This document shows positions 1 to 11,912 of a stretch of DNA of 64,000 bases, in pieces. The stretch covers positions 12,314,987 to 12,378,986 of the forward strand of contig CM082583.2 of NCBI GenBank assembly GCA_040954595.2, given 5' to 3'. The translations under genes and the position numbers were made by a program. Numbering within the stretch: position 1 is the stretch's first letter; each line of letters opens with the position of its first letter. The notes under the pieces were generated by a model. That model made no database searches and had not been told where the DNA came from. It saw nothing but the letters and a program-made list of their open reading frames with translations. The DNA is from Balanoglossus misakiensis (lineage: Eukaryota > Animalia > Hemichordata).

Positions 1-3000
1 TCCAATATAAACTATTTCATTGAGATCTGGAGCCCAGGCATCGAATTCTCTCTGCCACGCTGTCATGGTTGACAAGGGAACGACTAAGAGATGAGGACCA
101 TACAATTGGTATGCATTGTGCAGGTATGAGAGGAATGCTATTGCCTGTATGGTTTTTCCCAGGCCCATCTCGTCGGCTAAAATTACACCATTATCTCTGA
201 AAATACACAGAACAACACTAGTGTTAAAACTTATGGAAGAATACTTTGTAATATAAATATCCAATATAAATGTATTTTCAGATGACAGAATGTTGGGATT
301 TGTTGACAGTGTGTGTGTGTCGCATCTTGTCTGACTGACTCAATATGTATGCACATACATAGTTTGCCTAGTTTTATACTCACTTGCACCATGAATGAAG
401 CAGCCAGTTCAAGCCGTCAAGCTGATAGTCTCTGAGCTGAAGTGTATCGGTATTCCCAAAGAAAGACGGCTGCTTTTTCAGAGCAGTAAACCTCGGTCTC
501 TGCTTTAGCACCTACAGAAGACAGCAACATTACATTACATAATTTAGAATGGTATTCTATTTCATTATGGCTATTTTGGAAAAGACATTCACAACTATCT
601 ACACTGTACACCTGTGGGCTGACTCACTGCCAAATAAAGTGGGCATCAGATACACATTTAATCACAAGAGATCAGGATTACGTCCCATGTGCAGAAGTAC
701 ATCATCATATATGCGCCACAATACCAGAGCAGTGCCATGCTTTAAAATTCCTTCAGATGCAAATGAAATGTCCTGTGTGATCCAGGATGTTGTAGTGAAA
801 TCGCTTTTTACCTTACTGCTCCTGGATGGCACTTTGTGGGATTTCATTCTATTGTTGTATTCTTCCACGACCTGTGTAAATCTCTTGGATACGAGGTTAC
901 CGTCTTCCCAGGTGCCCTCGCAGTACGGAAGACCCTGCCACTTGCACAGGTAGTCGGGATGCCCTGTCGTGGACTCTCCTGGATTCTTCTGGTTTGTGTG
1001 GACTGAAAGATGAGATTTGGCTTTTTCATTTTATGCTAGGAGCATCAAGTTATTGTCATGATTTGTCAAGATTTTGAGTTAAAGCATAAACATGTGCGTC
1101 CAGGGACTTCCGCATACCATAAATGATGACAACCACTGTATAGTCTCCACTTACCGATAATTCTTTCAACTTGTTGGTATTGTTCGTATAATTGATATGC
1201 CATTTCTTGTTGACACTCAAAATACTCTATGTCCTCTGGACTGGCAATTCTCTTCCTACAAGTAATTGAAAGCGGAATGTGAAATTTGGCTTACTTCTTC
1301 AGCCATGACATGTGGAAGTTAAAGCTTGCACTAACGTTAATTCCAGAATCACCAGAATGATACAGTGTATCTCTCTCACAAGAGTGACAATAGACTTAAA
1401 TTACCAGGCAGCGAGTTCTTGTTCTCTCTTGATGAAGTTGTCCAATTTTTTGAGTCCTTTGACGTTCTGGGCTCTGAGGTTTTCCGCCGTTTCCCAAGTG
1501 TTATGGATGTGAGCCCAGCCTTTCCACTTGATGAGGTACTGTGTTTCAGTTTCTTGAATTTCTTCGTCGTCTACAGGAGGAGCTGCTGCGACGGTTCCCG
1601 CGGCGATTGCAGCCTGCTCTGCCTCTACGTTGTAGATGGTCGTCTTGGAACCAGTTTCTGTTGGACGCATCAAATGGCATGGAAATTTTGTAGGTTAAAA
1701 TCCAAGGACTTTCCAGACGTGCATGAACTCAGATAACTTCTTAATCCGAAACAACAACTTACGTCCTTTCTTCCCTCTCCGACAATTCAACACTTTCTCA
1801 ATGGTTTCCTTGTTGTCGTCTTCTACCTCTTTCATGTTCGTTTCAATGATGTCATCAGAATCGGTGACATCATCACTGTCTTCTTTGTAACTGTAAATTG
1901 ATGAGAAGGGATCATTATTGTAGAGCTGGACATCTGAAGTGCATATTCCAGGTTGGTAGCTTTATGCTAATTTGCTTCAGGTATCAGAAACGCTCTCTCT
2001 TCTGATGGGTAATAATGCAAAATGGGCATCAGATACACGTTAAATCACAGGAGATCATTATTACGTCCCATGTGTAAAAGTACATCATCATATGCATATC
2101 ACAATAGTGCAACAGGTCCAGCTTTCTTAGCTCAGTCAATGGATCACTCACTCACCTTACATGAGCAGCTGCTCTCCTCTGTAAAAACCTCTTCCTTTCT
2201 ATATCACTATCATCCTCTTCAGACGAGGAGGCTTTCTTCTTCTTCCTGTTTGCCACAGGTCTCTTTTTCTTGACTCCTGCTGCTCTGGCTGTATGAGAGA
2301 TCAGCACATTGGAAAAGATACTGTTAAAGTAATGTAAAAACGGAGGAGGCCTGCAAAGAACCATGGCCTCCGATGTAAAAAAAAATTATGTTTCAACCCA
2401 CATTCCCTCCCTGCCTCCACTGCTATGACCTATGACCCATGACCTCACTGTGACATCATACCTTTAACTCTTGGCTGCATCCTTCCAGCTGCTCTCTGTA
2501 GTCTGCTTGGCCTGGCTGATCCTTTGGATCTGGCGCCATCTGGAACGAAATCCGACTCGCTGCTTTCCCCACTGCTTTCTTCACTCAGCTGACTCGTTCG
2601 CCAGTCTTCACTTCTACACACAAAAAGATACACACAGTACAGATTAAAGAAGCAATTTTCAATCTCTGGTTCTTGCATTAGCTCTTGTTGACACTGAATG
2701 TATATGTGGTGCGAACCTTTTGTTTTCCATTGAAATCATAATCAATATAATCTATAAATAAAGATGCGATATTTGCTACTGTGACTGGTAATACGGTATT
2801 ACAAAATGTGCATCAGATACACGTTAAATCACAGGAGATCATTATTACGTCCCATGTGTAAAAGTACATCATCACATGCATAATACCATCATAGTGCCAA
2901 GCATTTGACATTTCCAGCCTATGATATGAAAAGCACCCCAGGCTGGCCTTGGGTTAGCCCATGACCTCCTAAACCAAAGGAATAAACACTACATACTCTT

Positions 3001-4283
3001 TTCTCGATCTTGCTCCACTTCCAGCTCGACTTCTTCTCTTTTTAGGAGAACTGCTATCATCACTTTCTTCATCACTTGAAGCCTGATAAAAAAAAGTTGC
3101 AGATCTATGGTCAATGACAATGAAAGTGGACACAAACTTGCAAAATATAAGAAACTCGCAATAAAAGTTTGAAAATGCCAGTATTTCTCATTCCAGATTC
3201 AACGTATTTCTCCCAAATTCACCGCAGCCAATTTTTTAGACCAGCTTAGCAATTGTAAATGTGCATTACAGCTATATACAAGCAAAGCTGAATGGGGTTA
3301 TCCATGCATTAGTAATGTAAAGCTGGTGACTTTGAATGTACCCAATGATGGCAATAAGCAGTTTTTTAACAGCACCAGAGAAAAAAAGGTCTACCTTAAC
3401 CTGAAAACGGTCAACTTCTCTTCTAGATCTGCTTGATCTCCTGACACCATACATATCTGGAAACTCTTCCCACATCTGAAAAAAAAAGTTCAAAAATTTG
3501 CACCGGAATGTTGCAATGTGTCACCCAGACAAGACATCTCTCAATAATTCAAAACCAAATATCAACTTGTGTAACATTTTCAACTCACAAAATTATCTTC
3601 AGTGCAAAAGCTTTAAAGTTTGTACACTGAACAGTGCATCATTTCTCTCACAAACTGCCTGCTGGCACTTAAACGCTTACATGATTTACAACTTCTCTTA
3701 ACAACACACCAAGGTGTTATACACAATAGATTTGCCTTCTCAAAACTGAAATCTTTGAACTAAAGCCGCTAAGAGTTTAATCTTTGCTTTGAACTGAAAC
3801 CAATGAGAATTGTTTAATCAGCATCACATGCTCAACAGCTCATAATCCCAGACACCTGTAGCATTCTGTTCTTGCAAACTGCATAGGAAATAACGCTTTG
3901 GAGACAGAAGGAATAACATATTTTTTGGTGACTGACTAAACTTGCCTACCTGTTTCAGATCTTTGAGTCTGTCTTTCTTGCTACCACCTCCTTTCAAAGA
4001 CGAAGAGTTAACTCTACTATCGTTTGTGGAATCGTTATTGGTGAAAGCATCTCTGGTATCCATGGATTCCTCATCATCTTCCTGCACATCTTCCGATTCT
4101 TCGTTCTTCAACGAAGAGCTTGAATTGGAATTGGACTGACTGTCTTCTTCTTCTTCTTCTTGACTTCCAGATTCTGAACCACTTCCTGAATCCGAGTCTG
4201 ATCCAGATGCCGACCCTGATCCTGATGCGGACCCAGACTCCGAACCAGACTGGCTGGAATTTGATCCAGAGCTGCTTTCATTG
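1..4283 (-). CDS. CHD1: CHD1/CHD2-family chromodomain helicase DNA-binding protein, 5' coding exons; gene runs off the left edge
   Basis: GT-AG exons that join in frame: 4283-3950, 3475-3395 (or 3401), 3082-2997, 2613-2462, 2288-2156, 1890-1763, 1657-1405, 1255-1155, 1002-812, 511-384, 196-<1. They encode a Ser/Gly-rich N-terminus, chromodomain 1 ([18 protein letters not shown]), chromodomain 2 ([18 protein letters not shown]), [15 protein letters not shown]2 motif I ([15 protein letters not shown]) and motif Ia ([16 protein letters not shown]). CHD1 versus CHD2 cannot be resolved; this is probably the pre-duplication orthologue. Confidence 0.95.
639..717 (-). ncRNA. Intronic box C/D snoRNA copy 1 (SNORD82/U82-like; predicted guide for the 18S site equivalent to human Am1678)
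   Basis: On the minus strand: C box ATGATGA (708-702), guide GGGACGTAATC (686-676), D' CTGA (675-672), C'-like GTGATTA, D box CTGA (649-646), terminal stem GTGG(C)GCA/TGCCCAC. It lies in CHD intron 512-811, sense to the host. Confidence 0.88.
2023..2097 (-). ncRNA. Intronic box C/D snoRNA copy 2 (SNORD82-like)
   Basis: C box ATGATGA (2091-2085), guide GGGACGTAAT (2069-2060), D' ATGA (2058-2055), D box CTGA (2032-2029), short GCA/TGC stem. It lies in CHD intron 1891-2155. Confidence 0.87.
2806..2882 (-). ncRNA. Intronic box C/D snoRNA copy 3 (SNORD82-like)
   Basis: C box GTGATGA (2875-2869), guide GGGACGTAAT (2853-2844), D' ATGA, D box CTGA (2816-2813), TGCA/TGCA stem. It is near-identical to copy 2 and lies in CHD intron 2614-2996. 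Confidence 0.87.
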
Positions 4284-5636
4284 CTAAAATAGAAAGAAAG
4301 AAAAATCAAAATTAGTTATCAAACACGCAAAAAAGTCACTGTCAATGACATTAATTTTGTAGATCCTGTCTATACATGAGCTGTAAAAGCAACTCTGTGT
4401 ATTCTTGGAAAGGAAAAATTAAAAACCTGTCAAAAAGATGAGTTTTTAGTATTATTTAATTTGTTAATATGTGGTACGTCAGTTTTACGTCTCTGTATTA
4501 CAGTTTGAATGTTCATGGTTCTTCAAATATCAAGTCAAACTCAAATATAACATTGGTTTGAGACTGTAAAACTCGCGTTAAGAAGAAAGAATAGACAGCA
4601 TATATAAGCTAAATAGTGTTAAATACACGTGGGTTAAAGCATATAGTACGAGTGAAACAAAATTTCAGGATGAATGAAAAAATTTTCATATATGCAAATA
4701 TCCTCCTGTGGCCTCTGCAGCAATGCGACACAGTAGTTTGCATTTCAAACACAACGTGATTCACACACAGTTTTCCAACGGAAATATGAATTTTGGACCT
4801 GAATCTGGAAATTTACACTCAAAATTTCACCACTTGTAGTATTTGTAGTAAGTAACAACACAACAAAAAGTGTCATGAATGAAAAAAAAATTATTTGCCA
4901 TCGAAATTTATTTAAACTGCACGGAAAGGAGTGTCAAGATAATGAAATAACTACACCTAGCACAATTTTTACATTTTCTCAACTGGATGCCACAATTTTT
5001 CTCTTATTATTTCAAAATCATACCCTGAAAATGGTCTTCTGTACAAACATATACACAAATTCAATGAAGGCATGTATAGTATACGTCAGCCAGGAGCTCA
5101 ACAGAATATATCACTGCACTGTCTAGTGCCGTAACAACACACAAGCTCACATAAAAATTGGAAACAGAACTCAAAATACAACCTAAAATCTTAAATATGA
5201 AAGAAATCAAGTTTGTATGGGATTTCCAATAAGGTCAAAGGTCAAAATCTGTCCTTGAAAGCACTGTATCTGTATGCGCTAAACATATCCATGCTGGCTG
5301 CTGGACTTTGCCCATTGTGTTCAAGCTACCTGTGGGCCCCAATTAAATTTTCCTGATTTTTCCTCCACTTGAAACGTTGAAATATGATGTTTTAAACAGA
5401 AATATTTCTTATCCTAGGCAAATTCTGCTTGAAGTTACCCACAGACTGATGTTTACAACATGGCTGGTCGAAATAGACATCATCAAATCTGCACATGACA
5501 TTTTCTCTCTTGGCCACATTTTAAGTCGGCCATCATAGCTTATATGACGCAAATTTAAAGAACAAAATCACAAATTCCACAAAATAGCTTCAAAATTGAA
5601 ATTTTCAACTGTGTGGGGAGGAGAAGGGATGCTTAC

Positions 5637-5657
5637 AAGTAGTTCTGTACCATTTTG
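5637..5657 (-). CDS. Candidate 21-nt CHD microexon carrying an in-frame AUG (aaaATGG; M-V-Q-N-Y-F)
   Basis: ctgcag|caaaATGgtacagaactactt|gtaagc. It ends in phase 2, matching the exon starting at 4283. The polypyrimidine tract is weak. Confidence 0.3.
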
Positions 5658-7716
5658 CTGCAGATTGAAGCCTAGGTGTTTTGGCAAGGAACTCATTTCA
5701 GTTGTCAAAATCATGCAGACAGACACATTCTCAGGGCAGTGGAAAACCCCTGTGTGGCCTCAAACTGCACAGAAGAATATAAGTACGATCTGAAAACCTT
5801 AAATACTTGCTTTCAGATCTTCTGTAGCAGTATCTGTTGCGATACAGACAGAATATTTGCCACGGGTCGGCCAATCTTGTGCCGGTCACATCTATTGGCA
5901 AGACGATGTCCAAGATTGAATCTGGACGCAGAAATGAATTCTGGAGTATTCTGCATGAAAGCTTTACATTTTGCAATAATTAAATGCATTCTATATATCA
6001 TATATCCTTGGTGGAGAATGCTGCGTTAACATATGCTAGGTGGCTAATGCATTGGATGCAACATGGCTGAAATCTTTTGCAAGTATTTCAAACAGGTAGA
6101 TCCCAGGCTAAGTAAAATCTTGACCATTATCTCAAAATTCAGTCCAGGATAAAGAAATGATAAACCTGTTTTTCAAGATAGTACTCTGTATAATCAGATG
6201 ACGATTTCTAAACTCTAAAATGCGTACGCCCAGGGACAACATGTAACTTTTGACTCGTAGTTGAGGCAACTTTGCTGGATAACAGCAAGTAGTTTTCAAA
6301 TCTTGTATAAGTTTACAAACTATTCGTGAAGTTCCAACGGCAAAGGGTGAACTGTTGACTGGTGAAAACCTCCATCAGATAGAGCTAATGGGTAGTATGA
6401 ATGCTATCTACAGGTCCAAGGGGCCTGGCTAAACGCTCGAAGTAAAGGTTCCCTGAGAAACACGGATGACAGATGCCTGAGATGGGAAGAAAGGGGGAAA
6501 TCTCTGGGCCAAAAAAGCAGCTTTGGTTCCTATCCATTTGAAATCGTTTTGATTGAGTTTACACAGTAACCATCTTTATTTCTCCTAAACATGCTAAGAT
6601 AATCTAACTTGAACTGCGGTTAGTCCAATTTGTATCACTGTTAAAATTCTGAATCAATGGCAATGGTTGCTTCGGAAAGACTGTTCCCCATGAGAAACAC
6701 AAATACCAAGACCCTACCCTGCCAACATCCAACAGGTGCCACCAGTTAGGCCATATACAGCCAAATGCAAATGTACAGATGTGTCTTCCAAAATCCTACC
6801 AAATGGCCAAACTTTTCCAAGAGTTCAGTTCCCACACAAGCAATTACCGAACTCTACACAAAAGTTGGATGATTTGAAGCAGGACATTGTTATGACCCTT
6901 ATCACAAGGTCATCAACCAAGTGTATTACCGGCCCTGTCCACAGTCGAAGAGAACGTTGTTTTATTTCAATACAATACTGGGACAACAAGTTGGATAAAC
7001 AACATACATGTATGTACTTGACTTAAGCAGCTATTTGCAACATAATGAAAGCACTGACTAATGAAATGATATTACTACCAGTATTTGATAGTTCAAAATG
7101 TCCAGTTAACTTTTTTTCTTGCTCATTAATACTTTAAGAGAGAAAGCCACCTGAATTGGCCTATATACAGACTTATCTTTTGAAGGTTACTGAATGTTAG
7201 ACAATGGTTACTATATTTACAGTTATGTGTCATGATCAACAAAGATATCAAAACTTGTGAAAGCCAGTTACAGAAACCAAGGTGACCACTTTTAAAACAG
7301 TTCCATCATTATGGAGTCTTTCAAGGGTTTAGTTAGATCCATGAAGTTAACCAGGCAACATTCCTTATTAAACAGGCCAGGAAAGTTTGAAATGATTAAA
7401 ATTCACCACCTGGCTTTTTCCCTTTGAACTCCACATGTTAATTAATGGAAATGCACCTTTACAAGTGTGAAACCAATTCCACTTCACAGTGCATTGGTGA
7501 CAAGTTGTGTCACAATCAAAACAGTATAACAAAGTTAAAACTGTAAACAGTATTAATTAAAGCTGTTAATTGATTGGGCTCTGTACCTTAAACCATTTCA
7601 GATGCATACTGAAAAACTTGTACAGACTTCCCAAGTCAGTGTTGGTTGATATTAAAAGTGCGATGTTCTCTAGTGCACTGGATGAACTGAACTAGCTCCA
7701 AGTTTATTCTGCTTAC

Positions 7717-7734
7717 CTGTCATTTGCTGTTTTC
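7717..7734 (-). CDS. Candidate 18-nt frame-preserving CHD microexon (x-K-T-A-N-D-S)
   Basis: ttctctaacag|gaaaacagcaaatgacag|gtaagc: a strong donor, a plausible acceptor and phase 2-2, compatible with the flanking exons. Confidence 0.5.
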
Positions 7735-10022
7735 CTGTTAGAGAAATCACTGCATAAATCAAGAGAAGTACAAAACATACTTTATCCTTCTAAGTGTATT
7801 GCATGTGAAGAAGAAACTGTACTGACAGGTCTGTTTGTGTTTACATGCAAGGCAAATTCATCAGCATATAATCCTGCAGATCAGTATTAACTTGCAAGTA
7901 TTAGAACTTCAAGGATACATATATTTAAATAGGTCACGTAGATTTCAGTAAAAAAGCTTCGCCATTTTACCCCTTTTCAGCTTAAAAAAATTCCTAAAAC
8001 CATTCACACATTTAAAAAGTTTAAAATTTTCACAAACTGCAATATTCACAAACATTTTTAGTAACTTCAATGACAGGCAGTGCACAAGTTTTGAAATGAG
8101 CCTGCCACAGCTTTCACGCTTAAGAAAAAAAAATCCAAGATGGCTGCCATTGCCCTGGTAGTCAAACACATCCTCATTGCATATGCGAGTCAAAAAAAGA
8201 CTACAAACAGTGACCCAAGAAGAGTTTAAGCAGTAAAACTACATGAAGGCTGCAGATGTTCTTTTAAAGTTGTGATTTTGGAATGTCAACCTACATTGGT
8301 ATAGATCACAACAGCCTGCAAGGCTTAACTTACAGTACTTGTTTTTCAAAATGATCACCAATATACGGTACAGCCAACATGTCCTTTGTGTTGTTATAAA
8401 GTACAAACACGTACAACATATGTGAAAAGTAGAAAGACATTTATTCTAAACTTTAATTCAGAGTCAGTGTCTGATACTAACATGACACCATGACTATAAA
8501 AACATGGCCACAATTTGCTAGAGGGGCATACATGGGATCAGAAGAACAGTCGTGGTGAAGCTGTTAGGTTGTTGTTTTTCACATTTGTAACAGCTATGTT
8601 AGAAATCCAAGATGGAGGCCGTTAAAGAAAGACATGTCGCCAAAAATATAGAAAAAATTGAATTCCTCTGTTCAAAAGACGATATTCCACAGTAAAATGG
8701 TTGGACTTTGAGAGCTATGGCAATGGGCAGACACTGCACCTGTTTGGGAGAACTTTCAAGAGCAAAAGTGAAAATTTTAAAATTTGCATGCTGCTATCAA
8801 CAGTCTGCATATGGAATATACTGCTTCAACACAGCAAAAGCACAGACTGCAACAGTACAACCACAAATACGGAAAGCAAAGGATAGGGTACACTACAAAG
8901 TTATGGCCATGTGCTTCTTAGTGTTCTCAAGGAATGTGTTATTGTCTCAAACTACCTGAGAGGGAATCCCAACAAAATTCACAGAAGCCCCGGACAAATT
9001 ACATAGAGCTTCATAGAGAAGGAGACCTAGGGCCAGGGTAAATTTAAGCTAGGTCCCAGAGGCTATAGTTAATACTATTCAGCATGAAGACAGAATATCC
9101 ATTCCCAAAACAAACTCCAATTCATATCAGACTTTTTGTCCAATAACCACTGCATGATCAACCTGTGATAAACTTCTTTTTTGTTGAAAAGTACTGCACA
9201 AGAAAACTTGCTTGTTCTTGCCATTTTAGTGTTTGGGGGGAAATGGAGTGTGCTTCAACCACAAGTATGATAAGCAACATCTTTTTGTAAGATCTGTCAT
9301 GCCTTCTTCAATGAGTTAGGTGAACTTCTTACACCTTTTGTTGGCAAAAACAGTATCGTGGAATCCTGTCAAACCTCATATTTCCAGAGGAAAAGTTTTT
9401 TGGGGAGGGTTGCTCTTTTTCATTGTCACTGTGGTTTCTGAGATGGTGTGAATCTTAGAAGAGTAGAAGAAGGTTACATGAAGCTTCCAAAACACAACAT
9501 GACATAAGCTGATGCTCCAGGAATACATAATCAATTGCATAAACACCCCAGGAAGATGAAATAGACATGATCTCAAAAACAAGCATGTCCCTTCTTATTT
9601 CAAGCAAACTATATTGTGAATCAATGTAGTAACAAACGAACATGCTGCTTCAGGGTATAGCCAATGAAACATACATGAAACCTCAAAACTGACATGGTGT
9701 TTTGTTTACAAGAGACAGTGTGGAAATCAATAGTTGGTCAACAAGTGTCAAAAATGTCTTTAAAAACTGGTAAGGATTACAAGAAGTTGGTGCCAACATT
9801 TTATGTTCTCTGTGAAAGATACATGCAAGAAATGAACATTTCAGCACATTCAGTGACACTTTTGGCTTCCAAGAAACCAAGACAACGACCACTTCCGGTT
9901 CTTTTGCCAGACTGAAGCAACTCCACGTGGTTGAGCACATGTAAACATTAGAGCAAAAGCTGCAACGAGTGAGAAAATGAGTCCCTAAAGAAAGGTGGAA
10001 AAGATGGCGGGGCGATCCTTAC

Positions 10023-10355
10023 CTCGAGGCTTCGCTTTCGCCCGACGACTCCTGCCCATTGTCCTCCTCAACATCGACGATGCCTTCGAAATCCTGTGAG
10101 AAAATATTCTGACCGTCAACCTGGGTCCCTGGGACAGGTTGTGAAGGGAAGGGGAACCTGTAATGACCGTAGTCTGCGATGACATCCGTTGGTAGAGCTT
10201 CGATAGTGGTCAGCTCCGGACTGGGCGCAACAGCAGCGACATGCTCATGCGGGACACGACTGTGCCCTTGGGGAACTATTTGCCTAACATCTCCATATGC
10301 GAGGAAGGGAGACTATATTGGGTAAAAGCAAGCAAAATGGCACATTATTCGTCTG
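10023..10355 (-). other. CHD second (leader/first coding) exon
   Basis: Pyrimidine-rich NAGNAG acceptor (cttttctgttctacagcag) and donor GAG|gtaagg at 10023. The CHD-phase frame ends ...DVEEDNGQESSGESEAS, resembling the CHD1 N-terminal NG..SSGES stretch. Confidence 0.65.
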
Positions 10356-10587
10356 CTGTAGAACAGAAAAGAAGCCAAAAAATTCAACAAACACGTAACA
10401 GCAAGAACGTTAGAAACATGCAAACTAAATAAGTCGCGGCGAAAATGACGGTAAATATGTGAAACACGCTGTGATAGTCAATAATATCTCATGCAGTGGC
10501 AAAAATAAGAAGCATGGTGAAACGTTGCCACCCGCGCCAGGATACAACGAAGCAGACGAATTTGCTACCATAAATATAGGGCCTCAC

Positions 10588-10900
10588 CTTCTCCATAGCT
10601 TAGATCAGTTCCGTCGTGCACCAAGTACGCAAGCTCCCACGGCTTGCATCCGAGGGCGGCACCAAACAACGCCTTTTTTAACGAAATGCCCACCTCTTCA
10701 GTTTCTCTCTTCGGCAATTTTCCCTTCCTGAAACAGAAGCATTTTGGATAGGTATAAGGATTTGGGATAAACGTCCAAATCTGTCTGCTATTTTGTCAGC
10801 AATCCCGCACTTCTTGGGCATTTGAACAAGGCTGGACAAACGCAACGTGAGGGTGAAAACAATGGAAAATTCCACGGAATGTGACCTTTAAACCGCTATT
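10588..10900 (-). other. Probable CHD first (leader) exon; 5' boundary uncertain
   Basis: Donor AAG|gtgagg at 10588, locally CpG-rich, with CRE-like TGACG motifs just upstream (10901-11142). Confidence 0.45.
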
Positions 10901-11877
10901 TGACGTACCAGATTAAGTTGAAAATGAAACCACTAAACGTAGTTGAAATTTCCGAAATGATACACGTTAGGTGTTCACAATATGACGTCTCTCATTGGGT
11001 AAAAGCTGACTGAGATTGGAGCTGTCTCCCAAACAGCCGCCATGTTCTATTGACTTTTTCGTTTCTCTTCTCCCTTTTGTACAGGGGCAGTCAGACTGCA
11101 TTGTGGGATAGATCTTTGACGTAATCGTTGTAAAATACGTCACATCGAAGAAATAAAGCGGGGTTTGAGATATCAAGCGTCTTTAATATAAAGAATTCTA
11201 ATCTTTTTTCATATTATGACTTTCATGAAATCAGCAATGAACAATTTCAACCGGGGTATAATGAAGGTGATCGACAATCAATGCCAGTTAGTCTGTCGTC
11301 AACAGCGCCCCCACGACGCTAATAATAATATTAATCACCTGTGACTTACGACCTGGACTAGTATGTTTGAAACACTTCATTTTAGTCTAATTGAGGATAT
11401 TAATTTCGAGACCATGGAAACGGGAAAGAAAACAGACCATTCGTTTCTTGCAAATCCAAGAGTACAAACAATTAAGAAAATATTTCAACATCATCAGCGC
11501 GCATCAGAAAAAGAAGTCCGATCCAAGGACATACTTGATTGTCCGTCTATGCTTGATATCAAACAAAATGCGAGCATATGGCAACTTATTGCTTTTTATA
11601 TTCTACAATACAAAGGCTACGATCGAAAATGCCACCAGTGGTACAAACACATAATGCACATAATTAATATACAAACTACCAACATCCGACCTGAACTATG
11701 AATTTGTATCATGCAGCCCAAATCTGTGAAACGCACTACCTCTTGACATCAGGAATCTACAGACCTGGAAACTTCCAAAAGAAAACTAAAAATTGTATTC
11801 TCAAAAGAGCGTACAGTGTGGTTTAACTATGAGCGCCATCGGGCAAAGTTTTGGATTTTGGCGCTATATAAACTTTT

Positions 11878-11912
11878 GTTGATGGATTGATGGATTGATT
11901 GATTGATTGATT
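11878..11912. repeat. (GATT/GATG)n microsatellite
   Basis: Directly visible. Confidence 0.8.

Noticed and set aside
641-2880. Three-copy repeat read as a CRISPR array or SINE
   Set aside because: Eukaryotic context, irregular spacing of about 0.8-1.4 kb, and no A/B boxes or tail; the C/D boxes and rRNA guide explain it better.
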